DNA of 63,967 nt, the filler included, from Diploschistes diacapsis (taxonomy: Eukaryota): assembly GCA_023645945.1 (NCBI GenBank). It is 4 parts of 4 records of this genome, joined end to end, with 100 filler letters (N's around TTAATTAATTAA, not from the genome) between each part and the next. Parts side by side here need not be neighbours in the genome. Positions count along the whole stretch, not along the records: positions 33,392 to 49,971 come from JALAIB010000499.1; positions 50,072 to 63,967 come from JALAIB010000627.1; 2 more parts are not named here. One strand, given 5' to 3'. Below the pieces are notes generated by a model. It searched no databases. It was not told the DNA's origin and saw nothing but the letters and a program-made list of their open reading frames with translations. The stretch's first letter is position 1; each line of letters opens with the position of its first letter. Position numbers and translations under genes: made by a program. Shown here piece after piece: positions 46,001 to 58,041 of this stretch.

Positions 46001-47790
46001 TCATTTCGTCCGAGGTGTCGGAGCCGGGAGATTTGGGTCGGTCGACGTATAGGCTATCGACGAGGCCGTCAGATCATTCTGGTAGCGAGTCGTTTGCTAT
46101 AGATGACGACTGCGGCCCCTTAGTAAAGACACCCTTCACGGGAAGGCAAAGCTCATGGGAGCTTCTAGTGGAGGTTGTGCTCAAGAACTTTTACAATTCG
46201 ATCCGGCAGCATCGTCTGCCGCTTTCCACTAGCGAGGAACAACAGCCAACTCCCGATCATCAGCAGTCTTCTGTCAGTTTGTCAGCCATGACCGGAGTCA
46301 TGCTGCGAAGGACTAACAGTCTCCTGAGCAAAGCAGGCTCAGAAACGCTACCCGCAAGAGGTCGTTTAATGGAGAGTAGGAGTGGCAGCAGATGGTCATC
46401 AAAGACTAGATCGCGACCTCGCCTGCACCCTGCATCTCTAGCGCAAAGCCGGACCAGTTTCGACGAGGATCAATCGGCAATGAGCCCTTCGATGTCAAGC
46501 ATGTGGAGTAAATACTCGCTCGTCAGGACGCAGACGTCCATGTCGGCCAACTCCTTAGGCTCTGACTACCCCTCAGGTGACTACCAGCGATCCATAGGGT
46601 TCGCGAATGCTCTTAGTCAGGCAATCATCCGGGATGATCCTGCGACTGATTCGACAGAGGAGCTGGTCAAGGTGGGTCCAATGTTGGAAGATGAGAGTCT
46701 GGAGCTGGAAGGTGCGCCGTGGGCAAAGGAGGGCATCCTTAAGCACAAGCACCACCTTGAAGCCGTCGACAAGAGGGCTAAAGATCGAAGCTGGTCTGAG
46801 TGCTTCACCGTCATCGAGAAGGGGTGGATACGGCTGTTCCAGTTCAACGTTAATGCGAAATCTCTGCGTCAAAAGGCACGCAACAAGGGGAACGTGGGCG
46901 GTGTTGTTGGCGGCGGCAATTGGACGGAAAACGCGCAGTCACTTGGCCAGTTCCTGCTCCGTCATACCATCGCCAGCGCCCTTCCACCACCCGGCTACTC
47001 GAAAGTTAGGCCGCATGTCTGGGCGCTCAGCCTTCCGACAGGCGCCGTACACCTTTTCCAAGCCGGCACGCCCGAGATTGTCAGAGAGTACGTCAGCACT
47101 GCCAACTACTGGAGCGCTCGGCTTTCGAAAGAGCCGCTCATGGGCGGTGTCAGTAACGTGGAGTACGGCTGGAGTGAGCGCGTCATCAACTTGGCTCTCG
47201 TCAGCGATAACAGCACCAGCAACAACAACAACGACAACAACAATAATAATAATAATACTAACAACCGGCCACCAAGCACCATCGCCGGTCCTCGGCCGAG
47301 CTTCCAAGCTTCGATCCGTAGCTCCATCGACCAGAACAGCAGCCGCCCGAAACTGCCGGGCGACAGAATCGGAATCAGCGACTGGGCACCGCCTACGCAG
47401 AGCATGATGGCCAGTCAGCTGCTGGAGGTGGACCAGCTGCGGGCCCTGTCAACGTACGTTAAGAACATCGAGGAAGAGCTGCGCAAGCACAATCAGCTCC
47501 GAAGCCCGATGCTGCTGGCCTTTACATCGCGGCATGCGAACCACAACAAGGCCATGGGCAATTGGGAGAAGAAGTCGGCCTATCTACTGCGCGAGATTGT
47601 GAAGTTCACGACATACCTGGAGAGTCTGCAGTTTGCGCACAGGGAGAAGGAGAGGGTGTTGGGGGAGCGGGAGGTGAAGGAGAGGAGTAAGGAGGCAGCC
47701 GGAGGCGAAGAGCTGGAGGGAGATGCAGGGGTCGAGATGGCGGGAGGGAACCATTGGGAGCAAGAAACGGTATTGGAACAGAGGGCTTGA
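43067..47790 (+). CDS. Sec7 + PH domain Arf guanine nucleotide exchange factor (Syt1/Yel1/PSD-like), 2 exons
   Basis: LKGETQQVDRLL, WCDCNP, intron 45720-45763, DVVHTICYSVLLLNTDLH, PH region WAKEGILKHKHH..STANYWSARLSKEPL, C-terminal coiled coil. Confidence 0.92.
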
Positions 47791-48249
47791 ATGGAAAGAG
47801 GACGATGTTTCTGGGCTGGTATTTGTTGAAAGCGCTGCTGGTCGTTGAGTGTATGATTTATGGTTTGTTTCTGTTTTCGAGAGTGCTGGAGAGAGAGATA
47901 TACCCCTTCTGTTGGCTTGGCTAGACTAGATACTACAGTACCTACATATGCACTTTGACACAGCCTTCTCTTTTCCCACTTGTCTTCTTCTTCCTTTTCC
48001 ATAGAAAACAATAGCACAGTCTTGGGTAATTCTAGTTGGAATCGCGCCTTCGCCTACGCCTACGTGCAGGTCCGCGTCGGTTGCTCTACGCGTGTTTCTG
48101 GAGTGCTTTCTGAAAATATAAAGGGGCGTGCTTCTTTGGAAGAGTTCAAGTCTTGATTTTCTAGGAAGGCAGTAAGGTGGATACTTCATAGTATATTATC
48201 GAGCAAAGACTCCGTACATCTCTGAGTTCCCATATGCCCTCCGGTACTC

Positions 48250-48276
48250 AGGGGAACAGCACGTGCACGTGACGTG
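48250..48276. promoter_or_regulatory. STRE + tandem CACGTG + TGACGT cluster
   Basis: AGGGG 48250-54, CACGTG 48260-65 and 48266-71, overlapping TGACGT, about 160 nt upstream of SDS23. Confidence 0.5.
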
Positions 48277-48429
48277 TTGACCCCACACATATGAGATGCG
48301 GAGCTTTCGGTTTCATTTGACACCGCTGGTCGATAGCAGCTTAACTTAGTTCCCTTGTTCTAAACATTTTGGTTGATACCATTTCTTTAACAGCGAGTTT
48401 TCTTTCTTTGAGTATCAATCCCGCCTGGA

Positions 48430-49971
48430 ATGGCCGAACGCGCCCAGCGCTCTCTCGACGCTCAATCACGCCAGAATCAGCCCTTGGACAGCAGCACCAA
48501 GCATCGCAGCAATAGCAACACCAACGCAATCTCGAGCGCCTCCAGCAGCACCATGGTCACCCCCCGCTCGAGCGAAGAATGTATCCGCCCGCCCGCGCCC
48601 CGCTCTCCCTCTATTCGCGTGTCCAGCCCGCAAAATTCCCACCGACACTCTTTCTCCGACAGTCTGCGCGGCGTCCCTCCCTCCCCACGCACAAGCCGTC
48701 ACTTCTCGCAAGCCTCTCTCGCCGCTGTCCAGGACCTGCTGAACAATCCGCCCAAAGCTGGCGCCGCGGATCCCGCCTTCGTGGGGCGTGACTGGCACAC
48801 CATCACTGCGGGCGAGCTGGTCGATGAAGGGGACGTTGTTTTCGTGGAGGTCGACACAGGCATCGAGGAGGCTACACACATACTGATCGAGACGAATGCA
48901 CCGGTGCTGCTGGTGCGGTCGAGGAAAGAGGAGAAGAGCGCGGTCGCGACGTTCGACTACAAGGACCTGAACCAGTACCTGCTGTTCGCAACGGGCAGCC
49001 TGCGGCCGGACTCGGAGCATCTACCATTCTTCCAGAACCTCGCAAAAAAGGCGCAGGCGGGGAGCAAGATTCCAATCAGGGAGGCCAAGAGCCTGGGGAC
49101 CAAGGAGCCGTTTGTAATTCTGCCGCACACGGCGAAACTAACGAAGGCGTTGGAGGCGTTTGGCAGTGGAGTGCACCGGCTGATCATCGTGCGGGAATGG
49201 ACGAACGAGGTCGTGGGCGTGCTGAGCCAGTTTCGGCTGGTCAAGTTTCTGTGGGAGAACGGGAGGAGTTTCCCGGTTATCGACCAGCTGTATGGGCAGC
49301 AAATCAAGGATCTGGGGTTGGGGGAACAAAAGAGCATCGTTGCTATAAAGTAGGTGGCACTGCTATGGGAAGGAGAGAAAAAAAGACATGGCTAATGTAT
49401 GGTAGTGGCGACAAGCCTCTGAGGGAAGCGCTCCTGCTGCTGGACTACGAGGGGGTCACGTCGTTGGCAGTTTTAGACAATCAGTACAACGTTGTCGGAA
49501 ACATTTCAACTGTAGACGTCAAGGTATTTCCTCGGCACCCATTTTTCTACTTCTGTTCTGAAAATTAACTTCCTCGCTTTCAGCTCCTCACTAAAGCCTC
49601 CTCCGCCCCTCTCTTGGACAACACCTGCATCCACTTCATCTCCGTGATTCTCTCCGCGCGAGGCCTCGACGACGGCAAGGACTCCTTTCCTGTCTTCTAC
49701 ATCAGCCCGCACTCGACTCTTGCACACACAGTGGCCAAGCTAGTCGCCACGGGGTCGCATCGGTCAGTCTTCTCTTTTTTATTGTCCGATTCTCCTCTTC
49801 CATCCTTTTCCACCCCTTCCCTCCCGTTTAACTCTACCGTCCCCACCTTTCTCCCTTTCCCCTGTCTCAAAAACAGTCTCCAAAGTCACTAAAACTCACT
49901 TTCTCTCGCCCCACAAATCTCCACACTACTGACCCCTCCCGTTATACAGCATGTGGCTCACTACACCACCC
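48430..49971 (+). CDS. SDS23: CBS-domain protein Sds23/Moc1, 3' truncated
   Basis: [74 protein letters not shown]. Multiple introns. Confidence 0.9.
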
Positions 49972-50071
49972 NNNNNNNNNNNNNNNNNNNNNNNNNNNNN
50001 NNNNNNNNNNNNNNNTTAATTAATTAANNNNNNNNNNNNNNNNNNNNNNNNNNNNNNNNNNNNNNNNNNNN
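49972..50071. other. Artificial contig-joining spacer
   Basis: N44-TTAATTAATTAA-N44. Confidence 0.98.
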
Positions 50072-50138
50072 CCATTCGCCTTCTCCTCCTCTTGCTTCCC
50101 ACCCACTTCCACCGCCCCCAAAGCATCGCACCATCCCC

Positions 50139-51097
50139 CTAAAACAGCCAAACATACCAAAACAGCACCACGAGCGCCGCAAAGAACCCAAGCCACACCC
50201 TCCATCCAACCCCGGTGCGCTCCGCCATTCGTAGCATGCGGTTCATCGTGCCGCGCAGCCGCACGCGCGTGCCCTCGAAGGAGTCGTTCATCTTGTCCGC
50301 CAGCGACGACGAGTCGCGGATCTCGTCGCCTATTGCTACTGTGAGCTGTAGAGGGGGGGGAGAGAAGTTAGCTGGGATTTAGTCTGGGTATAGGCCGGAG
50401 TAAGGAGGGTGTGGGAAAGGGACAGAGGGGAAAGCAAAGAGGAAGGGAAGGGGAGAAGAGTACATCTTTCAGCATGCGGACCCTCGAGCTCATGCCCTCC
50501 ACCTGCTCGTCGTTCTGGGACTCGAGTTCGGAGAGCACGGCGTCCGAGTACTGGCCCCTGCGCTCCGTGGCCCTGTTAGCTCTCATATTCACAGCACCTT
50601 ATCAAGCCTCATAAGTTCTTGCTCCTTCTGTTACCCTGTCTGCATGTACTCGCCCACTCTTTGTACTCTTCCGTCGCTGCTCCCCCCATCTCCGACCATC
50701 CGCGCGCTTCACTTCACTTGACTCCACGTAAGAAAAAGAATGAACGCACTTCTTATTCGGCGTCGCAGGCCTGTATTCCCCTCCTCGCCCACCTGCTCCG
50801 ACAACCGCGCTGCTGCTCGTACCGGAATACTTATAACCGTGATTATTGCCGGCGCTGTAAGCGCCCGGCCCGGCCCCGGCTCCGGCTCCGGCTCCGGCGC
50901 CCTGGCTAATGCCGAAGCGCGCGGGCGATTGGCTATTCGTGCGGCTGGAGCGGTCGCCGGTGTATTTGTCGAAGAGGGAGGAGCGGGTGTCGCGGTGGCC
51001 GAATCTGGAAGGGGGAAATGTCAGTGCGCCGGGAATGGGATAAAGAGGATGCGGATTGGTGAAGGTGGGAAGAGCTGGGGAAGGACCTTGAGGACAT
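50139..51097 (-). CDS. BET1: ER-Golgi Qc-SNARE Bet1, 4 exons
   Basis: MSSR|FGHRDTRSSLF..YRPATPNK|KGQYSDAVLSELESQND..MLKD|LTVAIGDEIRDSS..RMLRMAERTGVGWRVWLGFF..YVWLF*. Reconstructed by hand across 3 introns. Confidence 0.85.
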
Positions 51098-51701
51098 TTG
51101 CTGCGGTTTATGGAGGTTGAGGGTGCATTTTAGAGGGATCAAGGGAAGAGTAGAGGCTGAGAGATTCGGAGATTGAGAAGTTCCTTGGTTGTGCTTTGTG
51201 AAGCTGGAATGGCCTGGTAGCCCTAGGTGGAAAAAGTAGATGTCTTTCGGACTTAAGATCGTTGATGACGGAGATTGGATGCGGGTAGTTTTGTAAAGGG
51301 ACATGTTCAGGGAAACAGGTGCGAGAGCTAATTAAGAGGAAACTAAGAATATTAACCATATGCGTGATGCTGTAAATTATTGCAAGAGCTACTCTCAATA
51401 GGTCCAATTGTCCTAGATCACGATGTTTGCACGAAATTAGGAACGCGGACCCAGAGCGTGGATGAACAGTATGTTGAGTGCAAGCTCTATGCAACTATCA
51501 TGCCATATGCTCTCTGTACGATATGCCATGCCTCGGAGAACCGCCAATAATTGGTCGAAACGGTGGCGACTGACATAATGCTCGTTAAGATGCTCCATGC
51601 ATATCCATAAGTCGTAGGCTTTGGCGCTCATGAGGCATTCAATCAACCCCGCATCTTGCTCCACACAGAAGCAGAGACCTTAATGTTTTGTGAGGAGCAT
51701 T

Positions 51702-52157
51702 CTACTCCTGCATCGCATCCTCCTCGTGGGTCTCGAAATCCTCATCATCGTCTTCGTCGTCATCGAGGTCCTTGGCCTCGGCGGCGGCTTTTGCGTAGTC
51801 GATGTCCTGCTTGCCTCTTGTGCGACGGCCGGAGATGATGTTTGCGGTTGATATCTCCTCCATGTTGTCTTCGTCTTCTTCTTCTAGTTCTGCAAGTTCG
51901 TTAGTCGGGGACTGCAATCAAGTTGCGAAATGTGCACGCATACCACCTTCACCACCTTCCTAGAGAGATTGTAAGCGTTTTTCTATTAACAACTGGAAAA
52001 CGTGAGGGCTTACCTCTTCAGCGGCTTCTTCCTCGCTCGACTCTTCCTCGTCCATGCTCATTTCTTGGTGCTGCTCAATGGCCTTGCCTTTGCCCTTTAC
52101 TTCAGCCGAGTTTGCGCCATCGACGTTGCCGGAGATGGTGGTAACTTTGTCGCTCAT
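51702..52157 (-). CDS. CHZ1: Histone H2A.Z chaperone Chz1, 3 exons including a 16-nt microexon
   Basis: Acidic protein with KGKGKA and CHZ motif DNMEEISTANIISGRRTRGKQDIDY. Confidence 0.85.
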
Positions 52158-53279
52158 GGTGATATGGACAAGTGCTCTGACAGTTAATGAGGAAAGAAGA
52201 GTAGAGTCTTGAAGAGCGAATAAAGAATTTGTATATCAAGCGACGCGGCTGAAGGAGTGTTTGGTTTGCTGTAAAATGGGTTCAATCAAGGTCAACAAGC
52301 GAGCCAGGTGTGCCCTGACACCTTATGACACGCTAATTTCTTGGCAGACGAATGAGGAATATCGCCCTGATCGGTCACGTGTAATATACTACTTTCGTGT
52401 TGCCTTAGTATTTCAGACTATGATCCTGGCGCGCTAGTTTCTCAGCTAAGCCCCTTCGGGTCAGGCTCAATTCCTGTGATTGATTAATCTCTAGATAATG
52501 CAGCAGGCGCTAAAAAAGAACAAATTACCGCTTAAACTCCCAGACCCAGGAGCCTAAACGCGCACTGTCAGCGCTGACTGGAGGGAGCCTAACAGATAGG
52601 GGTCTGAGTCCTGAAACTATTCAGGCCAGATTCAATTCTATTAAATGAGTCATAATCTGTATGTCAAAGGCTTTAATTTGGCCTGGGGCTTTTCTTTTGT
52701 TTCATTATACAACTTTGTCATGTACAGAGTGGATTGCCAGGATTGCCAGCCATACAAAAACTACCTACCACCTCTCAGCCCAGCTAGGTCCTCGAATAAA
52801 GCTGAATCGGTACTGTGATATGTTCAACCCAGGCACCCCTACAGAACCTTGGGAGAAATTGGAGAAGAAAATAGAATTTTTATCATACAGTCTTATTATT
52901 CCCTTGGTACCTTCATCCGAATTACATGCGAAGACCCGCCAGCACATCTGCTCGTAAACCGATTGAACCTAGTATCTAAGGATTCTGCTTCATCTTTAGT
53001 GGATTTGGAACCTGAAATACTACCTAGACCTCCACCTGTTGAAACTTTAAGGAATCCATCTTCAGACACTTGAGCAGGTTTCATGAATTTAGTTCTATTA
53101 CGATAGAAGGGTTTTAACCCTATCGCTTTTGCCTGGTCAACATTTCGGGACTCAGACACAGATCCAACCGCTCCTTTACTGAAGCGGCACTTTACATCTA
53201 CAAGTACCCCCCTTTTGTCGGAACCGATGAGGATCATGGTGATGCCCAGGGGTGGGATGAGGCCAAATACTTCAGCGCC

Positions 53280-54190
53280 ATGGCATCCTCCAAGCCCGAC
53301 TTTCCCAGCACCTACGGCGGTGTGGTCAAGAACCAAGAGCTCCACAACAAGGAATTCATCTCCACTGCCCTCCAGATATCGCCACCGACACCCGCATTAT
53401 CGCCGTTTGTGGTATCTCAGATATTCTTGACCATGCTTCTCCCAATGAAGACGGATGGTTTTTCAGTGACTTCTTTCTTTTCAACCACCTGCTGCGAGGA
53501 GAGGGAAGCTACCAGCTGTGGCTTTGTGATGAAGATTGTACCCCGCATGGACTGTTGAAGAAGTACGGCAACAAATTTCCGTAAGGATACTTGCACGGAG
53601 ACCCATTTGGAACGAGCAAAGTGGTGATGGATGAGAAAATTATCAAGTCAAGAGATTAACAAAATCCTCCTCAACTACCAAGCACAAACTGCTCCCAACT
53701 TTCCTGCAGACCTTGCAAAACCAATGCGAGATTGGAAAGGGACGGAAGCAGCCGGTGCTAGTCATGATCTTTGGTCATGGCGAGATAAAAAACAAAGGCA
53801 TATACATTGGTCATCCTAATGCGGTTGATAAGCCAGACTGGGTACATGATGGCAAATTAAACATCCAACAATTCAATCAAGCAGTAGGCCAAGACGTGAG
53901 TGTAACCCTTCTAACAACCGCTTGTTACAGTGGTGGTTACCTGGCCCAATGCGAATTTTTTAGCTATGACTGCAGCTGTTCCCGATGTTGTCAGCCATTC
54001 ATGGCCCGCGAGCAGGAGCCTTGGAAGGGCCTGCGGATCGATCTGGGCAAGCGACGTCGTTAAAGTGCTTTCGGCAATGGATTCGCCTCTGTTGGTAGAG
54101 AAAGTTGAGCCTGATTTCTCATTCCACAAAGCTATCGTGGGATTTCCCCCGCCGGATGCGGAAGGTTTTTTGCGACTTTACAGGATATTT
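53280..54190 (+). pseudogene. Decayed clan-CD (caspase/legumain-like) fold gene
   Basis: Pieces RIIAVCG..DGWFFSDFFLFNHLL..YLHGDPF, VLVMIFGHG, VTLLTTACYSGG, SWPASRSLGRACGSIWAS. Stops at 53582 and 53657 and at least 3 frameshifts. Confidence 0.7.
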
Positions 54191-54351
54191 CACCAAAGCC
54201 AGCATAGACTCAGCAGGGTCTGGCTGCCGTTCACTGCGGAGCGTTATCGAGCGACCGCCTACCACCACCTCTCCCTCCTCATCTCTCCTCTCAACTCCCC
54301 CACCCGCCTCGGCCTCATCGGCCTAACGGCCTCCCTATTCCAACCCGCCGC

Positions 54352-55003
54352 TTACCCACCCCAACTACCTCCAACCTCCCCAGCTTCGGCCCCAGTGCCG
54401 ACTCCAACCCCAGCCCGATCTCCACCCACAGGCGCCCAAACCTCCCTCTCCATCCTCGTTTCTCTCTCCACCTCCATCTGCATCCCCGCCGGCACCACGG
54501 AAGCTCCGAGCTCGACATCAACGAACGAGGGCTCCCTGGAGGATCTCCTGCTGCATAGTTTGGCCATTATGTGCTTCAGCTTGCTTTTGGCGAGCCCCGT
54601 TACTTTGCTCTTGAGGGTTTTGAGATTCTTGAGCTTGGTGGCCTTGGCGAGGGCGGTGAGTTTTTGCCGCGTGCGGTCGGTTTGTTCCAGGAGTTGGCGC
54701 TTGCAGTAGCCGATCAAGACTATGAGGAGGGCGATGCTGAGGGGTGGGGTCAGCTTGTTGATTAAACAAGAGCAGGGCAGAGGGATGAGAAGGGGCGCTG
54801 GTGGTAGGGCGTCGAAAGAGGGAAGGGGAAGGTAGTGATGGGAGATAGGGGAGGAAGTGAGGAAGGACGGGAAAGGAGATGATGGTGAGGAGATCAGTGG
54901 ACGAGTGTGAGGGGTTGTGAAGGGGCTTGGTGATTGGTTTGGTAGGTTCTTGGGAGACAGGTACTTGTACTCACGCAAATAACTTGTGTATAGAAAGATG
55001 CAT
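54352..55003 (-). CDS. Small N-terminally anchored, Lys-rich hypothetical protein, 2 exons
   Basis: ATG 55003. Intron 54737-54974 (GTGAGT..GCTGAC..CAG) gives MHLSIHKLFAIALLIVLIGYCKRQ.. followed by a basic helix. Confidence 0.55.
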
Positions 55004-55893
55004 CTTCGATTCAGCGTCGATCAGACTTTCAGGAGAACTTTGGTGCGTCTTATTGGATATGTCAATGGTATAGGAATGCTCCTCAGAAACTCAGCACATT
55101 CAGGAAAATAGTGAGAGTGAAGAAAACTTGTTGCGAATAGGATACAGAAAACATGAACTGAACATGTCTTCCGAGAGAGTACGTGACTATATACATGTTC
55201 TCTAGACGAGACTGCAATCGTGCAAATCCATGAATAACTCCAATTCTCCGCACGGAGCCTAGGGACAGTCCGATTCTACAGTCTTTCCAATCCCGACAAA
55301 TGCTGATGCTGCAGGAGCGATTTACACTGAGTATATTGTTGCTTCACATTGAGGTTAACATCCTCGATTAATGCGGTGTGAGCTGTGATGGGTTATACTG
55401 GGAAGACCTAGGCTCTTTATTTGATATTGACAGACAGCTTCGGGAAGCTCGAAAAAATAGGTTCTGGATTTCTTGCGGGTTGTGGCTAGGTTACAGCTAG
55501 TTGTTGATCATCTCCTAGAGGCCCTTGCGTGCTTTTGCTTGTTGATGCTGTTAGGTTCTGGAGTACTTCAGAGCGCTGGATTCTGGCATTTAGTGCGGTA
55601 GCTACAGAAGGAGAAGGATGACTTACACAGCTATTCAATTTAAATCAAAGACGAGGCTGTTACTCTTCCAACAGGCAAAGATACGCTGTGATAGTAGGTG
55701 CGCCATGTTTTCTTATTTCTGCTGCGCCCTTTCTGGTGGCGTGGGGATTGTCATGTGCGATGGGATGTAGTGGCAAGCATGTGCTCCTCTCCGGACAATA
55801 TCGAAGCTACGATTGGTCCAACTGGAGCAAGGTCAAGATCCACGGAACAGGGGTAAGTAAATCACCGTTGCGTTGTCGCGGTATATTCTGGGT

Positions 55894-57804
55894 CTATCCA
55901 CTTCCATCTGTCTCCTCTGCTTCGACAACCCACCGCGTGCCCTTCTCCCCTTTAATTGTATACCTCTTGCCCTTGATTACCAAGTCTTTCGCTACGATCT
56001 CTCGAGTCCTCCCTAGGCTCTCAATAGCGGCTATCCTGTTGAGCGTCTTTTGCAAGTGCTCCTCGAAGCCAGGCTCAAGGCAAATCTGCCTAAAAGCGTT
56101 CTGCATCGGTACACTGTCTGCTCTGACCATGGCCTTCGAGTCGATGGTGAAGACGTTGATATGGTCATAAGACTGGATGAAGTCTGCCCGTGTCATAATC
56201 TGCCGCGCGATGTGGAGGGGTAGTTCTGGCAGCCTTGAATCGTCGGATTCTGTGTCGTCCAGGGGGGCCGTGGTTTGCTCCTTTTGTGGCTGTTCTACAT
56301 CGACCAGCGCCTTCGCCAACAACATCGCACTTGCCGCGTACTTCTGCTGATCCATGACGTCGTCGTCCATTTCCTCACCCAGGATCCAACACTGATTAAG
56401 GAACCATGTCTTCTCCCGCTGGCAGATATTCTCGCATTCCTGTAGCATGTCGGGAGCCTTGGCGACGCGGCTGAGGTACGTCAATCGGCCGCCAACACAG
56501 CCATATATTTGAGAGAGAAGTTCAGAGGTGGGGCTAGGTTGCGAGGTGAAGTGACAGGTTCGGTATGAGGCCAGGGCTGAAAGGGCTACAGACCGGGGCA
56601 AATCGCCTATGGCGAGAATACGCAGGCGCGTGGCGAGTTGCTTGAGGCGCTCGTAAACCCAGCTGATGTTTGTGATATCAGTATCGGATGATTGTGGAAG
56701 CGCGTAAGGGAGACTAATCACTAGGCATGGTGGAATTGGACAGTGGGCAAGATAACAGTAGAGGATAGTTACTGAGGCTATTTCGGTACAAGAAAACAGA
56801 TGGGTTCAAAATAAACTCTTTTTTGGAAAATGAATAGCTATTGAGTAGCTGGGCTGAGCCGCAGTAGTGATCAAGTGAAGTATGACTTACTAATCGTCAG
56901 AATTCAGAATGACAGTCACCAAGTTGCTCGCCGCCCACTGCTCGGCCCGCTGTTGGATTAGCTCGAGCAGATTGCGGCCATCTCCATCATCTCTGAGCAG
57001 GTGCGTGCCATTGATGATCAAGATGAGAGGTCTACCTACTCTGTTTCGCCTGCGTAGAGCAATCTTGTCGAGTTTATTGAAAGCCCGCTCTATGTCCAGT
57101 AGAGCTGTCGTATCTCGAGGTCCCTTGATGCTGAATAGACTCCCAATATAATCCTCGTGGAACTCGTAGTTCAAAGCTTTTCCAAGGCGAATCCGGAAAA
57201 TCTCCAGGTCAGCGTGAGCGTCGAACATAGCGACGCCTTCTCCATCGACTTTACTCATCGCCTCTAGAAGCATTGACGACTTGCCAGTACCCTTTTCGCC
57301 GATTAATAGATGGTAATGGCCCTTTTCGTTCCCGTTTACGATGGCGTCAACAATGTCCTGTTCCTTTCTGCGCACCCACTGCCGATTCTTCCTTTCCAGA
57401 ATGCTTTCTGACTTCTGCCCGTCCAGTTCAGCCAGAACGAGGACAGGGTCACCCGGTTGGAAAGCAAGCTCCATCTTCCGGAGAACAAGATTTTTGTAGT
57501 ACCTATGGTACCCATATCCGGCTAGCCCTAGGATGAATAGTGAGGCAAAGGTTGTTGCTGAAGTCTCTAATACTTTCTGTAGTAGTGCCGGTGCATGAAA
57601 CCCTTGATTGCTTTTATTCTCCTCATTTCCCGAGTCATCTTGCTTGGGGTCGATATCTGATGGAATCGACAAATACCTGCATCGCCTATAAAGGTACACA
57701 CTTGGAAAGGGCCGATACCGCGTTCGCAAGCCGGCTATAGAGGAGTAGAGTACCCTTGTTCCTTGACTATTACTGGACATGAAAGCGGACGTACGGAACC
57801 TCAT
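55894..57804 (-). CDS. Membrane-anchored P-loop (AAA-like) ATPase, probably mitochondrial, 2 exons
   Basis: Presequence-like N-terminus, one TM, Walker A GEKGTGKS, intron 56663-56890 (SDDY|WVYERLK), VGGRL, C-terminal RADSVPMQNAF. Confidence 0.88.
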
Positions 57805-58033
57805 CGTTTAAATTTGATTTCAAGGAGAAACTCGCGGCAGGCTTCGTTTCGTGCGCCTGGTATACCCCGTCGAAGAGATTCATAGCCAATGCATTGTTCT
57901 CCGCTAGTCCTTCTTTCTGCCTGAATGCCTGCAGTGGCCTGAATCGTAATGTGAAACGATAGTTAAAGGCTAAAGGGCTTCCGTCGTAGAGCAAAAGTGA
58001 GGTGCGGCAGATCATTCTTCCGGCTAGCCATCC

Positions 58034-58041
58034 TCACGTGA
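58034..58041. promoter_or_regulatory. TCACGTGA bHLH-type palindrome in a divergent promoter
   Basis: Perfect palindrome 230 nt upstream of the ATPase start. Confidence 0.35.

Noticed and set aside
47221..47264. Poly-Asn AAC/AAT tract in the Sec7 gene
   Set aside because: Ordinary coding microsatellite in a disordered linker.
52420..52480. Selenocysteine-tRNA-like words (TGATCCT..TCAATTCC)
   Set aside because: The spacing is too short, and there is no acceptor stem or proper anticodon loop. A functional tRNA is not supported.
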